DNA of 64,000 nt from Candidatus Parcubacteria bacterium (GTDB lineage Bacteria; Patescibacteriota; Patescibacteriia; UBA1558; GWA2-36-10). Shown in pieces: positions 41,547-51,388 of the stretch; position 1 is the first letter of the stretch, and each line of letters opens with the position of its first letter. The notes below the pieces were generated by a model. That model had not been told where the DNA came from. It saw nothing but the letters and a program-made list of their open reading frames with translations, and ran no database searches. A program made the translations under genes and the position numbers. The stretch lies in NCBI GenBank assembly GCA_018669975.1, contig JABHSK010000008.1:2622-66621 (forward strand). The letters are read 5' to 3'.

Positions 41547-43937
41547 ATGGTAATAAAGGATATATATCTTAGATACAGGGGGGCAATTATAACGACATTC
41601 GCGCTATTTTCTTTTATGATTATAGTATATGTCGTTATTTTTTATGGCTTATCTACTGGTCAAAGGTATATGATGATGCGTAATCCGATTGGTTATAAAA
41701 TCTTGGCCAATTGGCACTCTTTGCGTAAAATAGTCAATATAGTCCATCTTCCCTATTGGTTCAAAGATTCTCAACTAGAGATCTATACTATCGTCATTAG
41801 TCCTAATAATACTCAGGAGATGAACAACTATAAACCAGTCGGTGATGATGGTCTGACATTTGGTAGGATGTTTGATGATCTCAAGCATTATGTTAATGCT
41901 TACTTTGTCGGGAGCCAAGAGTATATTGAAGAAATAGATATTCGCTATCGCGGTATACAAAATAACAATTGGGATGCAGAGAAAACTGCCTTTAGGATAA
42001 AGTTTCCCAAAGAAAATTTATTTCAGGGTCAAAGAAGTTTAAATTTATTTTTACCATATGACCGTGGATTTTTTATTGAGCCGCTGAATTCTCATCGAGC
42101 TGATAAGCTGGGAGTGTTTAGCGCTGAATTTGAATTTGTTCGAGCCATGATCAATGGCCGTGATTTGGGAGTTTACCTAGCATCTGAGCCATGGTCTAAA
42201 GAATTTTTGGCCAAGCAAAATATCATGGACAGTAATAATATTTTTTCCAATAAAGACATAGATGTGTCTGAAGAGGTGATCAAACTATCAATGGATAGAT
42301 TGTCAGATTGGAAAAGCTATACAGCTGAAATAGAGGAAGGTCCATTTGAAGAACTGGCAGCCTTGCTGACTTTGATAGACAAGGCTGACGAACAAGAGTT
42401 TGCAAATAAAATATCAACTCTGGTTAATTTGGAAGAATTTTATGCCTGGCACGCTCTCAATGTTTTGGCAGGCTCCAGTCATCAGAGTGATAACAGTAAT
42501 TCAGTTTTACTTTTTAGACAGGAAACTGGAAGATTTGAGCTAGCGTCTTGGGACGTAAATATTGATAATCCAGATCATTATACTTTGGAGAAAACAAATA
42601 TACTAGCTAGGCGCATTTTAGCTAATCAGCATTTTTTTGAAGAATCTCAAAAAGTCTTGAGTGAATATGTTGAAGATGAAAATAACTTGGTGGATGATTT
42701 AAAGTTTTATGATGATATTTATGAACGCATGAAGCCAGAGTTTTATAATGATCAAGCTAAACTCTACAATGATTTTATGTTTGATGACACTATTGTTAAA
42801 TATCGTGATTGGTTGATTGGTAATTTTGCTAATGCCAAGGAGATAGCTAGTTTAGAACAAACACCGTTTACTTTTCATGCCCCAGAGTCTAGTGGAGAGA
42901 TAGATTTTCAAGGCAGTTTTAAATATCTTAATGATGTATCTTTAAGTTTAGAGCAGTTTTTGGTTAAACATCCACAGTTTATAAAATACGATCAGAATAC
43001 TGTTTGGTTGCCAGGTGGCTCACATATATTTAGAGAGACAGTTGTTGTGCCGCAAGGATTAAAGCTGGAGATTAGACCAGGAGCGCGTTTGTTTTTTGAT
43101 GAGGGTGTATCTATGATTTCCTATAGCCCAGTAGAAGCCAAAGGCAATAAACATTGGCCAATCATTATGAAACCTTTAGCCGCCAATAGGCCATGGGGTA
43201 GTTTTGCTGTAGTTAATGTTGAACAAGAAAATATTTTTGAATATCTAGAGCTTAGCGGAGGATCCAACGATTTGATAAATGGTACATTGTTGACTTCACA
43301 GTTTTCATTGCACAATACAAAATCTATTATTAATTATTGTACTTTCAGCAACAGTCAATCTGATGATGCTTTCCATGCCATACTAGGCTCAGTTAATATC
43401 AGTGATAGTATTTTTAAAAATAATATGGCAGATGCCATCGATGTTGATTATGTGCAAAATAGTTATATTATGAATTCCTTTTTTGACAATGATCAAGCCA
43501 GTGACCACAATGGAGACGCCATTGATCTGTCTGGGGTTGATGATTTCTTTATTATGGACAATGATATTCGCAATCATGGAGATAAATGTATCAGTGTGGG
43601 GGAAGCAGCTAACTTAGACATTACTAATAATATTATTAGTGGTTGTAATATTGGCATTGCCGTTAAAGATAATTCACGAGTCGTTATGGATAATAATATA
43701 ATTATTGGTAATCATGACAGTGGTCTATCTTTATATAGAAAAAAACAGGAGTTTATTAGTGGTGGAGAAGCGTTGCTGCAAGATTCTATTTTATGGGGTA
43801 ATCAAGAACAGCTGAACCAAGATGAACTTTCAAACTTAGAAATTAAAGATTCAATTATTCAGGGTGAGCAGGAGCAGCCAGATTTTCAAACATTATTACC
43901 AAAAGATTTATATCTTTTATATCAGGATAAATTATGA
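41547..43937 (+). CDS. CotH-kinase-like protein with C-terminal right-handed beta-helix
   Basis: N-terminal TM; IRYRG, NG..LGVYL..E, N......F...WD; C-terminal SDDA / DAID / DKCISVGE / GIAVKD repeats. Confidence 0.75.
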   Translation: MVIKDIYLRYRGAIITTFALFSFMIIVYVVIFYGLSTGQRYMMMRNPIGYKILANWHSLRKIVNIVHLPYWFKDSQLEIYTIVISPNNTQEMNNYKPVGDDGLTFGRMFDDLKHYVNAYFVGSQEYIEEIDIRYRGIQNNNWDAEKTAFRIKFPKENLFQGQRSLNLFLPYDRGFFIEPLNSHRADKLGVFSAEFEFVRAMINGRDLGVYLASEPWSKEFLAKQNIMDSNNIFSNKDIDVSEEVIKLSMDRLSDWKSYTAEIEEGPFEELAALLTLIDKADEQEFANKISTLVNLEEFYAWHALNVLAGSSHQSDNSNSVLLFRQETGRFELASWDVNIDNPDHYTLEKTNILARRILANQHFFEESQKVLSEYVEDENNLVDDLKFYDDIYERMKPEFYNDQAKLYNDFMFDDTIVKYRDWLIGNFANAKEIASLEQTPFTFHAPESSGEIDFQGSFKYLNDVSLSLEQFLVKHPQFIKYDQNTVWLPGGSHIFRETVVVPQGLKLEIRPGARLFFDEGVSMISYSPVEAKGNKHWPIIMKPLAANRPWGSFAVVNVEQENIFEYLELSGGSNDLINGTLLTSQFSLHNTKSIINYCTFSNSQSDDAFHAILGSVNISDSIFKNNMADAIDVDYVQNSYIMNSFFDNDQASDHNGDAIDLSGVDDFFIMDNDIRNHGDKCISVGEAANLDITNNIISGCNIGIAVKDNSRVVMDNNIIIGNHDSGLSLYRKKQEFISGGEALLQDSILWGNQEQLNQDELSNLEIKDSIIQGEQEQPDFQTLLPKDLYLLYQDKL

Positions 43938-44665
43938 ATCAGGATCGACACAGATTTGAATTCAAATATCAAATGACAGTTCAGACTGCCGAGGAGATTG
44001 CTAAATATATTCAAAAATTTGGCATGAAGCGAGACAAGCACGCTTCACCCATAGATGGTAGCTATGTAGTCACTAGCCTTTATTTTGATTCTTTTAGATT
44101 GTCTGATTATGTGGAAAAATCTGCTGGATTGACTAAACGAAAAAAAATACGTATGCGTATTTATGAGCCATATCTTAAAGATTCTGATTATGTTTTTTTT
44201 GAAATTAAGCACAAGGAAGATATGACCAATCGCAAGACCAAGGTCATGCTATCTAGACAGGAAGCAGAGGATCTTATGAAGTATGGCACGTCAGTTTTAG
44301 CTAGACGGGAATGGAAAGAGGGCGAGGATGAAATTAGAAATCGTTTTTTACATTTTTTAATCAGAGAGCCAGTCAAACCAAATTTGATTGTCAGATACAA
44401 GCGTCGGCCATTCATGAACCACGATAAAAGTCTGCGCGTTACCTTTGACTCTAATATTGAGGCCTGCCTGCAAAGAAATTTAGTTGATAATAAATTTATG
44501 GAGCAGGTTAGTGGCGACATGGTGACCATGGAAGTAAAATTTGCCTATACGTTGCCTTTTTGGTTAAAATCTGTAATAGTAAAGCATAATCTTAAGCGGG
44601 ATGCCTATTCTAAATACGCTCGTAGCCTAGAAGAGATTTATAAATATACCCCATTACTTCGTTAA
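43934..44665 (+). CDS. VTC (polyphosphate polymerase-like, CYTH) domain protein
   Basis: RFEFKY, SLYFD, RKKIRMR.Y, EIK, RVTFD, EVKF, SKY. Confidence 0.88.
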   Translation: MNQDRHRFEFKYQMTVQTAEEIAKYIQKFGMKRDKHASPIDGSYVVTSLYFDSFRLSDYVEKSAGLTKRKKIRMRIYEPYLKDSDYVFFEIKHKEDMTNRKTKVMLSRQEAEDLMKYGTSVLARREWKEGEDEIRNRFLHFLIREPVKPNLIVRYKRRPFMNHDKSLRVTFDSNIEACLQRNLVDNKFMEQVSGDMVTMEVKFAYTLPFWLKSVIVKHNLKRDAYSKYARSLEEIYKYTPLLR

Positions 44666-44686
44666 TAAAAATTAAATTTAAATACT

Positions 44687-45367
44687 ATGGAAGATCTATT
44701 GAATTTTTCAAACCTTACCCTAATAGAATATAGCTCAGCAGTTATTGTAACTAATATTTTAGTAGCCTTTGTACTTAGTTTGTTAATTGCCTGGGTTTAT
44801 CAGAAAACTCATCGGGGCATTTCCTATTCCCAGTCATTTGTTACATCTTTGGTGATGATGAATGTGTTGTCTACTATCGCAATGATGATATTAGGTAATA
44901 ATTTGATACGGGCCTTAGGAATTTTAGGTGTATTTACCTTGCTTAGATTTAGAACGATAATCAAAGATACTCGTGATGCTACTTATTTATTTTTCGCCTT
45001 AGCTATTGGTATGGCAGTTGGTACGAACAACTATACTATTGCTGCCATCGGCACAGTGATGCTGCTTTTGATCAATATCATCTTATATAAAGTAAATTTT
45101 GGTTCAGTGGTACGCGAGGGATTTTTATTAACCTTAACTATCAATAAAGATTTTGAAGAGAGTTCCTACAAAGACATTTTTTCTAAAAATCTCTTATCTC
45201 ATAAGCTATTACAAATTAAAACCAGATCAGAAGGTGATGGTGAGTATTATTTTTCTGTGCGTTTCAAAAAAGACGATGTCAAAGAAGTGTTTCTTAAGGA
45301 AATTAAATCTTTGCCCGGAGTTATGTTCGTGGATCTAGTCACTAGTCGTGATGCAGCTGAGTATTAA
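44687..45367 (+). CDS. DUF4956 membrane protein
   Basis: YSQSF, NNL..ALG..G...LRFRT.IKD, AIGMAVG; follows the VTC gene. Confidence 0.85.
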   Translation: MEDLLNFSNLTLIEYSSAVIVTNILVAFVLSLLIAWVYQKTHRGISYSQSFVTSLVMMNVLSTIAMMILGNNLIRALGILGVFTLLRFRTIIKDTRDATYLFFALAIGMAVGTNNYTIAAIGTVMLLLINIILYKVNFGSVVREGFLLTLTINKDFEESSYKDIFSKNLLSHKLLQIKTRSEGDGEYYFSVRFKKDDVKEVFLKEIKSLPGVMFVDLVTSRDAAEY

Positions 45368-45368
45368 T

Positions 45369-45824
45369 ATGCATAAAGCATATTATAAATCACCCATCGG
45401 TATTTTAGAGATTGTGGCTAATAATAAAGGAATTACGGCCATTAGTTTTGTTAAAATTAAATCAAATAATTCAAAATCCAATGCACTTATCACTAGGTGC
45501 ATTGTTCAATTAAAAGAATATTTTTCTGGACAAAGAAAAACATTTGATGTTCCGATAGTCATCGAGGGTACCGAATGGCAAGTTAGGGTTTGGACCGAGT
45601 TAACCAAAATACCCTTTGGTAGTATTATAGCCTATCAAGATTTAGCTGCTATGTCTGGCAACAAGCAAGCAGCTAGGGCGGTTGGTAATGCAGTCAATAA
45701 AAATAAAATTCCAATAATTATACCCTGTCACAGAGTCCTAGGTAGTAGCGGAAAACTTGTTGGCTATGAAGGGGGTTTGTGGCGTAAAAAATACTTATTA
45801 GAGCAAGAAATTAAATATAGTTAA
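45369..45824 (+). CDS. ogt: Methylated-DNA--protein-cysteine methyltransferase
   Basis: SPIG, AARAVG, IIPCHRV active site. Confidence 0.93.
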   Translation: MHKAYYKSPIGILEIVANNKGITAISFVKIKSNNSKSNALITRCIVQLKEYFSGQRKTFDVPIVIEGTEWQVRVWTELTKIPFGSIIAYQDLAAMSGNKQAARAVGNAVNKNKIPIIIPCHRVLGSSGKLVGYEGGLWRKKYLLEQEIKYS

Positions 45825-45862
45825 TTTTTGACTTATATGTAATTTTGGCATAATATAACTAT

Positions 45863-47650
45863 ATGAATCCGGTAGAAGAAGTTAAGAATAAACTTGATAT
45901 TGTGGAGATAGTTTCAGGCTATATTAGCTTGAATCAGGTCGGTGGCAACTTTAAAGCTTGCTGCCCTTTTCATAATGAAAAAACACCAAGTTTCATGGTA
46001 TCTAAAGAAAAACAAATTTACCATTGTTTTGGCTGTGATAAGGGTGGAGATGTAATTAGTTTTGTGCAGGAGTATGAAGGGATAGATTTTAAAGAGGCCT
46101 TGAGAATTTTAGCTCAAAAAGCCAACGTGCCTCTTAGTGGGTTTAGCTTTAAACAAAAACAAGATTATAGTCGTCTTTATGAAATAAATAACTTAGCCGC
46201 CGATTTTTATCACAACTTGTTGATGCAGGATTCGCAAGTTGGTAAAAAAGTACTCAAATATTTAGATAATAGAAAAATCAATAAAGGCAGTCTCACTAAT
46301 TGGAGACTGGGTCTATCAGGAGAAAGTTGGGATGGGCTACTCAAGTATTTAATTTCCAAAGGTTTTAAAGAGCAGGATATATTTGAGGCCGGTCTTATTT
46401 TAAGGAAAAAAGATGGTAGTGGGTATTTAGATCGTTTTCGTAAACGATTAATGTTTCCCATTTCTGATACACAGGGTAGGGTGGTTGCTTTTACTTCACG
46501 AACTTTATCTGGTATTGCCTATGATGAAATTGAGCAGGGTGGTAAATATATAAACAGTCCCCAAACCGCCATTTATGATAAGAGTAAAGTTTTGTATGGC
46601 TGGCATTTAGCCAAAGATACGATTCGCAAGAAAAAATATTTGATTATAGTAGAGGGCAACATGGATGCCATCGCTGTATCTCAGACTAGTTCCAAAAATG
46701 TTGTGGCAGTATCTGGTACAGCTCTAACCGCTGATCATATTAAATTGATTAAAAGGTACGCTAATAATATTATTTTGGCCTTTGATGGTGATGCAGCTGG
46801 ATCACGAGCAGCTTTTAGGAGTGTGGTGCTAGGTTGGCAAAATGATATGAACCTGAAGATATTGATTTTACTCAAAGGAAAGGATCCGGCAGACATCGTC
46901 AAAGAGGATCCGCAGAAGTGGTTGCAATTGGTCAAAGATTCAGTGCAGGTCATGGATTATTATTTTAAACGTATTATTGCTGGCGTTGATTTGAGTCGGG
47001 CAGATCACAAGAAGATAGCTATTAGTAAATTATTGCCGATTATTAAATTTCTAAAGAGTCAGGTAGAGCAGGCGCACTATTTAAAATTGATTTCCGATAG
47101 GTTGCAAATACCTTTAGAGATATTACAACAAGATTTAACTAGTACAAAGTCTTTTATAGAAAATCAACAAACCCCGACTACTAAGAGTAATGAAACACAG
47201 AAGAGGGTCTCGTTTTCTCTTAGCGAAGAGTTGTTGTCACTGGTCTTTTTAAAGGGTATTTATCTTGAAAAATTGGTCGCCGAAGTCGAGCCAGAGATGG
47301 TTTCTTCTGACCTAGAGTCCCTTTACAGAAAGGTTGTAATCTACTATACTAAGCATCAGAATTTGGATAATTTCATAGATTATTCAGAATTAGACAATAA
47401 TGAAAAAGAAGCATGGGTAAGATTGTCTATGCTAGGCGAGAAAGACTATCAAAGTTTATCAGATACTGAATTGCTAGATAGTTTTGAAAGTATGTTGTCC
47501 AATCTCAAATTACGTCATCTAGAGGATAAACGGAAAGAGTTAATTGTTGATATTAAGCAGTCGGAATTGACGGGTGATGAACAAAAAGTCAATCAATTAG
47601 AAAGTGAAATTCATTTATTAGGAAAAGAAATAGAAAAGTTAAAAAAATAA
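45863..47650 (+). CDS. dnaG: DNA primase
   Basis: [15 protein letters not shown] zinc finger, KYINSP, VEGNMD, FDGDAAG, KDPAD. Confidence 0.97.
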   Translation: MNPVEEVKNKLDIVEIVSGYISLNQVGGNFKACCPFHNEKTPSFMVSKEKQIYHCFGCDKGGDVISFVQEYEGIDFKEALRILAQKANVPLSGFSFKQKQDYSRLYEINNLAADFYHNLLMQDSQVGKKVLKYLDNRKINKGSLTNWRLGLSGESWDGLLKYLISKGFKEQDIFEAGLILRKKDGSGYLDRFRKRLMFPISDTQGRVVAFTSRTLSGIAYDEIEQGGKYINSPQTAIYDKSKVLYGWHLAKDTIRKKKYLIIVEGNMDAIAVSQTSSKNVVAVSGTALTADHIKLIKRYANNIILAFDGDAAGSRAAFRSVVLGWQNDMNLKILILLKGKDPADIVKEDPQKWLQLVKDSVQVMDYYFKRIIAGVDLSRADHKKIAISKLLPIIKFLKSQVEQAHYLKLISDRLQIPLEILQQDLTSTKSFIENQQTPTTKSNETQKRVSFSLSEELLSLVFLKGIYLEKLVAEVEPEMVSSDLESLYRKVVIYYTKHQNLDNFIDYSELDNNEKEAWVRLSMLGEKDYQSLSDTELLDSFESMLSNLKLRHLEDKRKELIVDIKQSELTGDEQKVNQLESEIHLLGKEIEKLKK

Positions 47651-47663
47651 TTTACAGCTAAAT

Positions 47664-49028
47664 ATGCCTGTAAAGAAAAAGACTACAATTAAAAAGAAGA
47701 TCACTAAGAAAGTGGTCAAAAAAAACACTGCCAAAAAAAGCAGTGCTACCAAACCTATCAAGGTACGTAAACCGGTTGCCAAAAAGAAAAAAGCAACGGT
47801 CAAAAAAACTACCAGCAAAAAGGTAACTAAAAAAACTCCTAAAAAAGTGGTTAAGAAAACCAAGGCAGTTAAAAAAGTTGCCAAGAAAACAACTAAGATT
47901 GCCAAGAAAAAGGCGGTCAAAAAAGTAAAAGCTCCAAAGGCAAAACTTAATAAGGACTTGGTTGAAAATTTAATCAAGAAATCTCGTTCACGTAGCTTTA
48001 TTACAGAAGACGAGGTCTTGAGGATTTTTACAGACATGGAAGATTATACTTCAAGCTTTGAAGATTTCCTAGATACATTGGATGACCTAGCTATTCAGAT
48101 TATTGCCACCGAAGGCGGTATTCTGGATATGCAAGCCAATGCTTCCGATATTTTATCAAAATCAGGATTAGGTAGCGACAAGAATCGTGGTGACCTGACA
48201 GATATTGCATCGGATTCTATTCAGATGTATCTCAGAGAAATAGGCAAAGTGCCTTTGCTAAAAGGAGAGGAAGAGGTAATGTATGCCAAGCGTAAGGAAA
48301 GAGGACAGTTGGATGCTAAAAAGAAGTTGATTGAAGCAAATCTTCGTTTGGTAGTTAGTATTGCCAAAAAATTTACTGGCAGGTCACTGACACTTTTGGA
48401 TTTGATCCAAGAAGGTAACATCGGGTTATTTAGAGCAGTGGAGAAATTTGATTACCGCAAGGGGTATAAATTTTCTACCTATGCAACTTGGTGGATTCGC
48501 CAGGCTATTACTCGTGCCCTAGCTGATCAATCTAGAACTATCAGAATTCCAGTTCATATGGTTGAAACAATTAATCGTTTTAATCAAATAGAGCGTAGAC
48601 TAGTCCAAGAATTGGGCAGAGATCCATTGCCAGAAGAAATTGCTGCTGAGATGGGCGAAGAAGTTGACAAGATTAGACAGATTATAAAAATATCCCAAGA
48701 GACAGTTTCTTTGGAAGCATCAGTTGGTGATGATGATGAAGATAGTACTCTAGGAGACTTCATTGAAGATGAGAAGAATATCGGTCCTGACAAAGTAGCT
48801 TCATTAAAGTTATTAAGTGATCATGTTAAAAAAGTTATTTCTGATTTGACTCCTCGAGAGCAGAAAATTTTGGAGATGCGCTTCGGTCTAAGTGACGGAG
48901 TAGCACATACCTTGGAAGAAGTTGGACAGGAATTTGGTGTGACTCGTGAGCGTATTAGACAGATAGAAGCCAAGGCTCTAGAGCGTATCAAAAAGCACGA
49001 AGACATGAGAAAATTGAGAGATTACTAA
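47664..49028 (+). CDS. rpoD: Primary sigma factor with histone-H1-like N-terminal tail
   Basis: [54 protein letters not shown]; about 95-aa K/T/V/A-rich N-terminus. Confidence 0.97.
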   Translation: MPVKKKTTIKKKITKKVVKKNTAKKSSATKPIKVRKPVAKKKKATVKKTTSKKVTKKTPKKVVKKTKAVKKVAKKTTKIAKKKAVKKVKAPKAKLNKDLVENLIKKSRSRSFITEDEVLRIFTDMEDYTSSFEDFLDTLDDLAIQIIATEGGILDMQANASDILSKSGLGSDKNRGDLTDIASDSIQMYLREIGKVPLLKGEEEVMYAKRKERGQLDAKKKLIEANLRLVVSIAKKFTGRSLTLLDLIQEGNIGLFRAVEKFDYRKGYKFSTYATWWIRQAITRALADQSRTIRIPVHMVETINRFNQIERRLVQELGRDPLPEEIAAEMGEEVDKIRQIIKISQETVSLEASVGDDDEDSTLGDFIEDEKNIGPDKVASLKLLSDHVKKVISDLTPREQKILEMRFGLSDGVAHTLEEVGQEFGVTRERIRQIEAKALERIKKHEDMRKLRDY

Positions 49029-49044
49029 AGATATATTACAATTT

Positions 49045-49081
49045 AAAACCCGCCCAGTCGAATAGATTTAGGGCGGGTTTT
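49045..49081 (+). terminator. Intrinsic terminator of rpoD
   Basis: AAAACCCGCCC-15 nt-GGGCGGGTTTT. Confidence 0.8.
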
Positions 49082-49112
49082 ACTTATCATTTTTTTGTGT
49101 TATCATAAACTT

Positions 49113-49571
49113 ATGTTTCTAACACCACATACTTCAGTAGCTTTATGGATAACCACCAAGGTCGATAATCCCGGCCTGGCTTTTGTTTTTGCCCTAATTT
49201 CTCATTTTATTTTGGACATTATTCCACACGGAGACGAGTCTATCGGCAAGCATAAAGCCAAGGGTCGAGCAAGATTTTTTTATCTAGTTAAGGTAGCTTT
49301 TGTGGACATTATTTTAGCAACTATATTGGTATATTATTATATAATGCAAAACAATGGTTTTGACAGAATGATTATGGTTGGTGCACTGATGGGTGCTTGG
49401 GTACCTGATTTTCTCTGGATAGGCATTGAGACTTTTAGACTTCGCTTTCTAAACTTCTACATAAGGTTTCATAGTCGGGTGCATCGTTTGATAGATTGGC
49501 ATTATTCACCAGTATATGGTGTGCCTTTTCAAATCATATTCACCCTGTTTATGATTAAGATGGCTTTTTGA
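49113..49571 (+). CDS. Membrane protein with His/Asp motifs (metal-dependent hydrolase-like)
   Basis: TPH, SHFILDIIPH, PD, FH..VH; likely start ATG 49113. Confidence 0.7.
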   Translation: MFLTPHTSVALWITTKVDNPGLAFVFALISHFILDIIPHGDESIGKHKAKGRARFFYLVKVAFVDIILATILVYYYIMQNNGFDRMIMVGALMGAWVPDFLWIGIETFRLRFLNFYIRFHSRVHRLIDWHYSPVYGVPFQIIFTLFMIKMAF

Positions 49572-49581
49572 TAACAAGCAA

Positions 49582-51219
49582 ATGATGGAAATAGCTAAAA
49601 GAAAATTTTATCATCCATTAGTCTGGTTGATTTTTTTAGTGGTCGCCCTATTGGCATATCATAAGTCACTGGGAAATTATTTTGTTTCAGATGATTGGCA
49701 TTGGCTATCATTGGCTAGAGATACCAGTTGGAGCTGGCATATTTTTTGGTCTAACTATGAGGGCACCAACTTAGGTGGGTCCTATAATCCATTATTAATT
49801 TCAATCTGGAAGTTATTTTTTAATATTTTTCAGCTCAAATATTCTGCTTATCATTTAGTGAGTTTGATTTTGCATGCCAGTAACGCTTTTGTGCTTTATC
49901 TACTCGCTAAAAAAATATTTACTTTGACCAAACTAGCCAGTAAAGAATTTTGGTCTATTGTGGCTGCTAGTTTATTTTTGTTGTGGCCAGTGCAGGTAGA
50001 GGCTGTTACTTGGATTTCAGCTTGGCCACATCCTTGGGTAACTATACTTTATTTACTATCATTATTATTTTATTTTTCCTGGCGTCAGCAAGGACGCAGA
50101 AAGCACATTTACGTATCTTTAATATTTTTTGTTTTAGCTTTATTGATTAAAGAAGTGGCCATTAGTTTGCCATTTGTGATTTTATTGTGGGAAGCTTATT
50201 TTCATTCTACTAGAGATAGAATCAAAACCAAGACATTGCCCATCTATTTTATTATTCTAGCCTTGTTTATTTTTATTCGCTATCAAGCTACGGCAGTTTT
50301 ATTTGGTTATTATGGTCGCAGTTCGTTTGGTTGGCCAATTAAAGAATGGATCGGCAACATAGGCGGACTCCTTAATGATTTTCTATCAGCTGGATATTTT
50401 AGGGAAATGTATTTTAAGGGATGGTATCATTATCTTGATTCGCTGGTTATTGTGATCACGGTTGCTCTGGGAATATATTTTTATTATCTACTGGCAAAGA
50501 AAAAATTTTTACAGTTTACTATTTTCTTCTCTTTGCTACTTAGCATGGTGCCAGCTTTACCGCTTGGTCTTAGTCGAACAACTTTTGAAGGAGAGCGATA
50601 TCTTTATCTACCGAGTATATTTTTTATTCTTTGGTTTGTATATATCCTAGCTAAGATACGTTTAGCTCAAAAATTTAAATATATATTGCTAGTAGTTTTA
50701 TTGTTGTCTAATCTGGTTACTGTTTGTTATAAAAATAATATTTGGCGAGCAGCCGCAGATTTAAGCAATCAAATAGTCAGTAGTTTTGATAGATTGGATT
50801 CCCCAGCTGGGCAAAAACTAATGACAGTGGCCCTGCCTGATAATCTATCTGGCGCTCAAGTCTTTCGTAACAATTTACAGCAGGCGCTAGAATTTACTTA
50901 TCCAGACAAAGCCCCACGAATTTTATCACTACCAGTTTATCAGAGATTTACTATGTTTAATATTAACGATCGTTTGTTGAATTGGCAGTCTAAAGATGTA
51001 GGTTGGTTGGCTGAGAGTCAGAGTGGCGATTTTGTTGTCACCGGCATCACCTCCATAGAAGTAGAGAACATGTATTTTGAACTTTGGAATTATAATTATC
51101 AAAATTATACCTCAAATATAATTCGTTTAATCCCCAATGAAATTTTGGCGGAGCAATTAAACTCGCAAGACATTAATTTACTTATTTTTGACAGAGGATT
51201 GTTGAAGCTTTTTAAGTAA
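49582..51219 (+). CDS. GT-C fold glycosyltransferase (PMT/ArnT-like)
   Basis: SDD after TM1, Y.P, EAV.WIS, KE, ERYLYLP; many TM helices. Confidence 0.8.
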   Translation: MMEIAKRKFYHPLVWLIFLVVALLAYHKSLGNYFVSDDWHWLSLARDTSWSWHIFWSNYEGTNLGGSYNPLLISIWKLFFNIFQLKYSAYHLVSLILHASNAFVLYLLAKKIFTLTKLASKEFWSIVAASLFLLWPVQVEAVTWISAWPHPWVTILYLLSLLFYFSWRQQGRRKHIYVSLIFFVLALLIKEVAISLPFVILLWEAYFHSTRDRIKTKTLPIYFIILALFIFIRYQATAVLFGYYGRSSFGWPIKEWIGNIGGLLNDFLSAGYFREMYFKGWYHYLDSLVIVITVALGIYFYYLLAKKKFLQFTIFFSLLLSMVPALPLGLSRTTFEGERYLYLPSIFFILWFVYILAKIRLAQKFKYILLVVLLLSNLVTVCYKNNIWRAAADLSNQIVSSFDRLDSPAGQKLMTVALPDNLSGAQVFRNNLQQALEFTYPDKAPRILSLPVYQRFTMFNINDRLLNWQSKDVGWLAESQSGDFVVTGITSIEVENMYFELWNYNYQNYTSNIIRLIPNEILAEQLNSQDINLLIFDRGLLKLFK

Positions 51220-51238
51220 TTTAGACAAAAAATTCACC

Positions 51239-51267
51239 TTGACCTTATCCATGACGCGTGTTATAAA
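51239..51267 (+). promoter_or_regulatory. sigma70-type promoter
   Basis: TTGACC-17-TATAAA with TG extension. Confidence 0.65.
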
Positions 51268-51388
51268 TAAGTGTTTTTGTAGTACTTTTATATTTAGAGA
51301 ATAACTAGTGTTTTAGACTAGTGCTATATAGATTATCGTAAGTATTGTCACGGTAAAAACCTAAAACCACACTCAAAAGGAGAGTCAA

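Noticed and set aside
47639-48037. Hydrophobic 132-aa antisense ORF (also 12956..13138)
   Set aside because: Mirror of the Lys-rich tails of RpoD and RNase J (AAA read as TTT); no independent signals.
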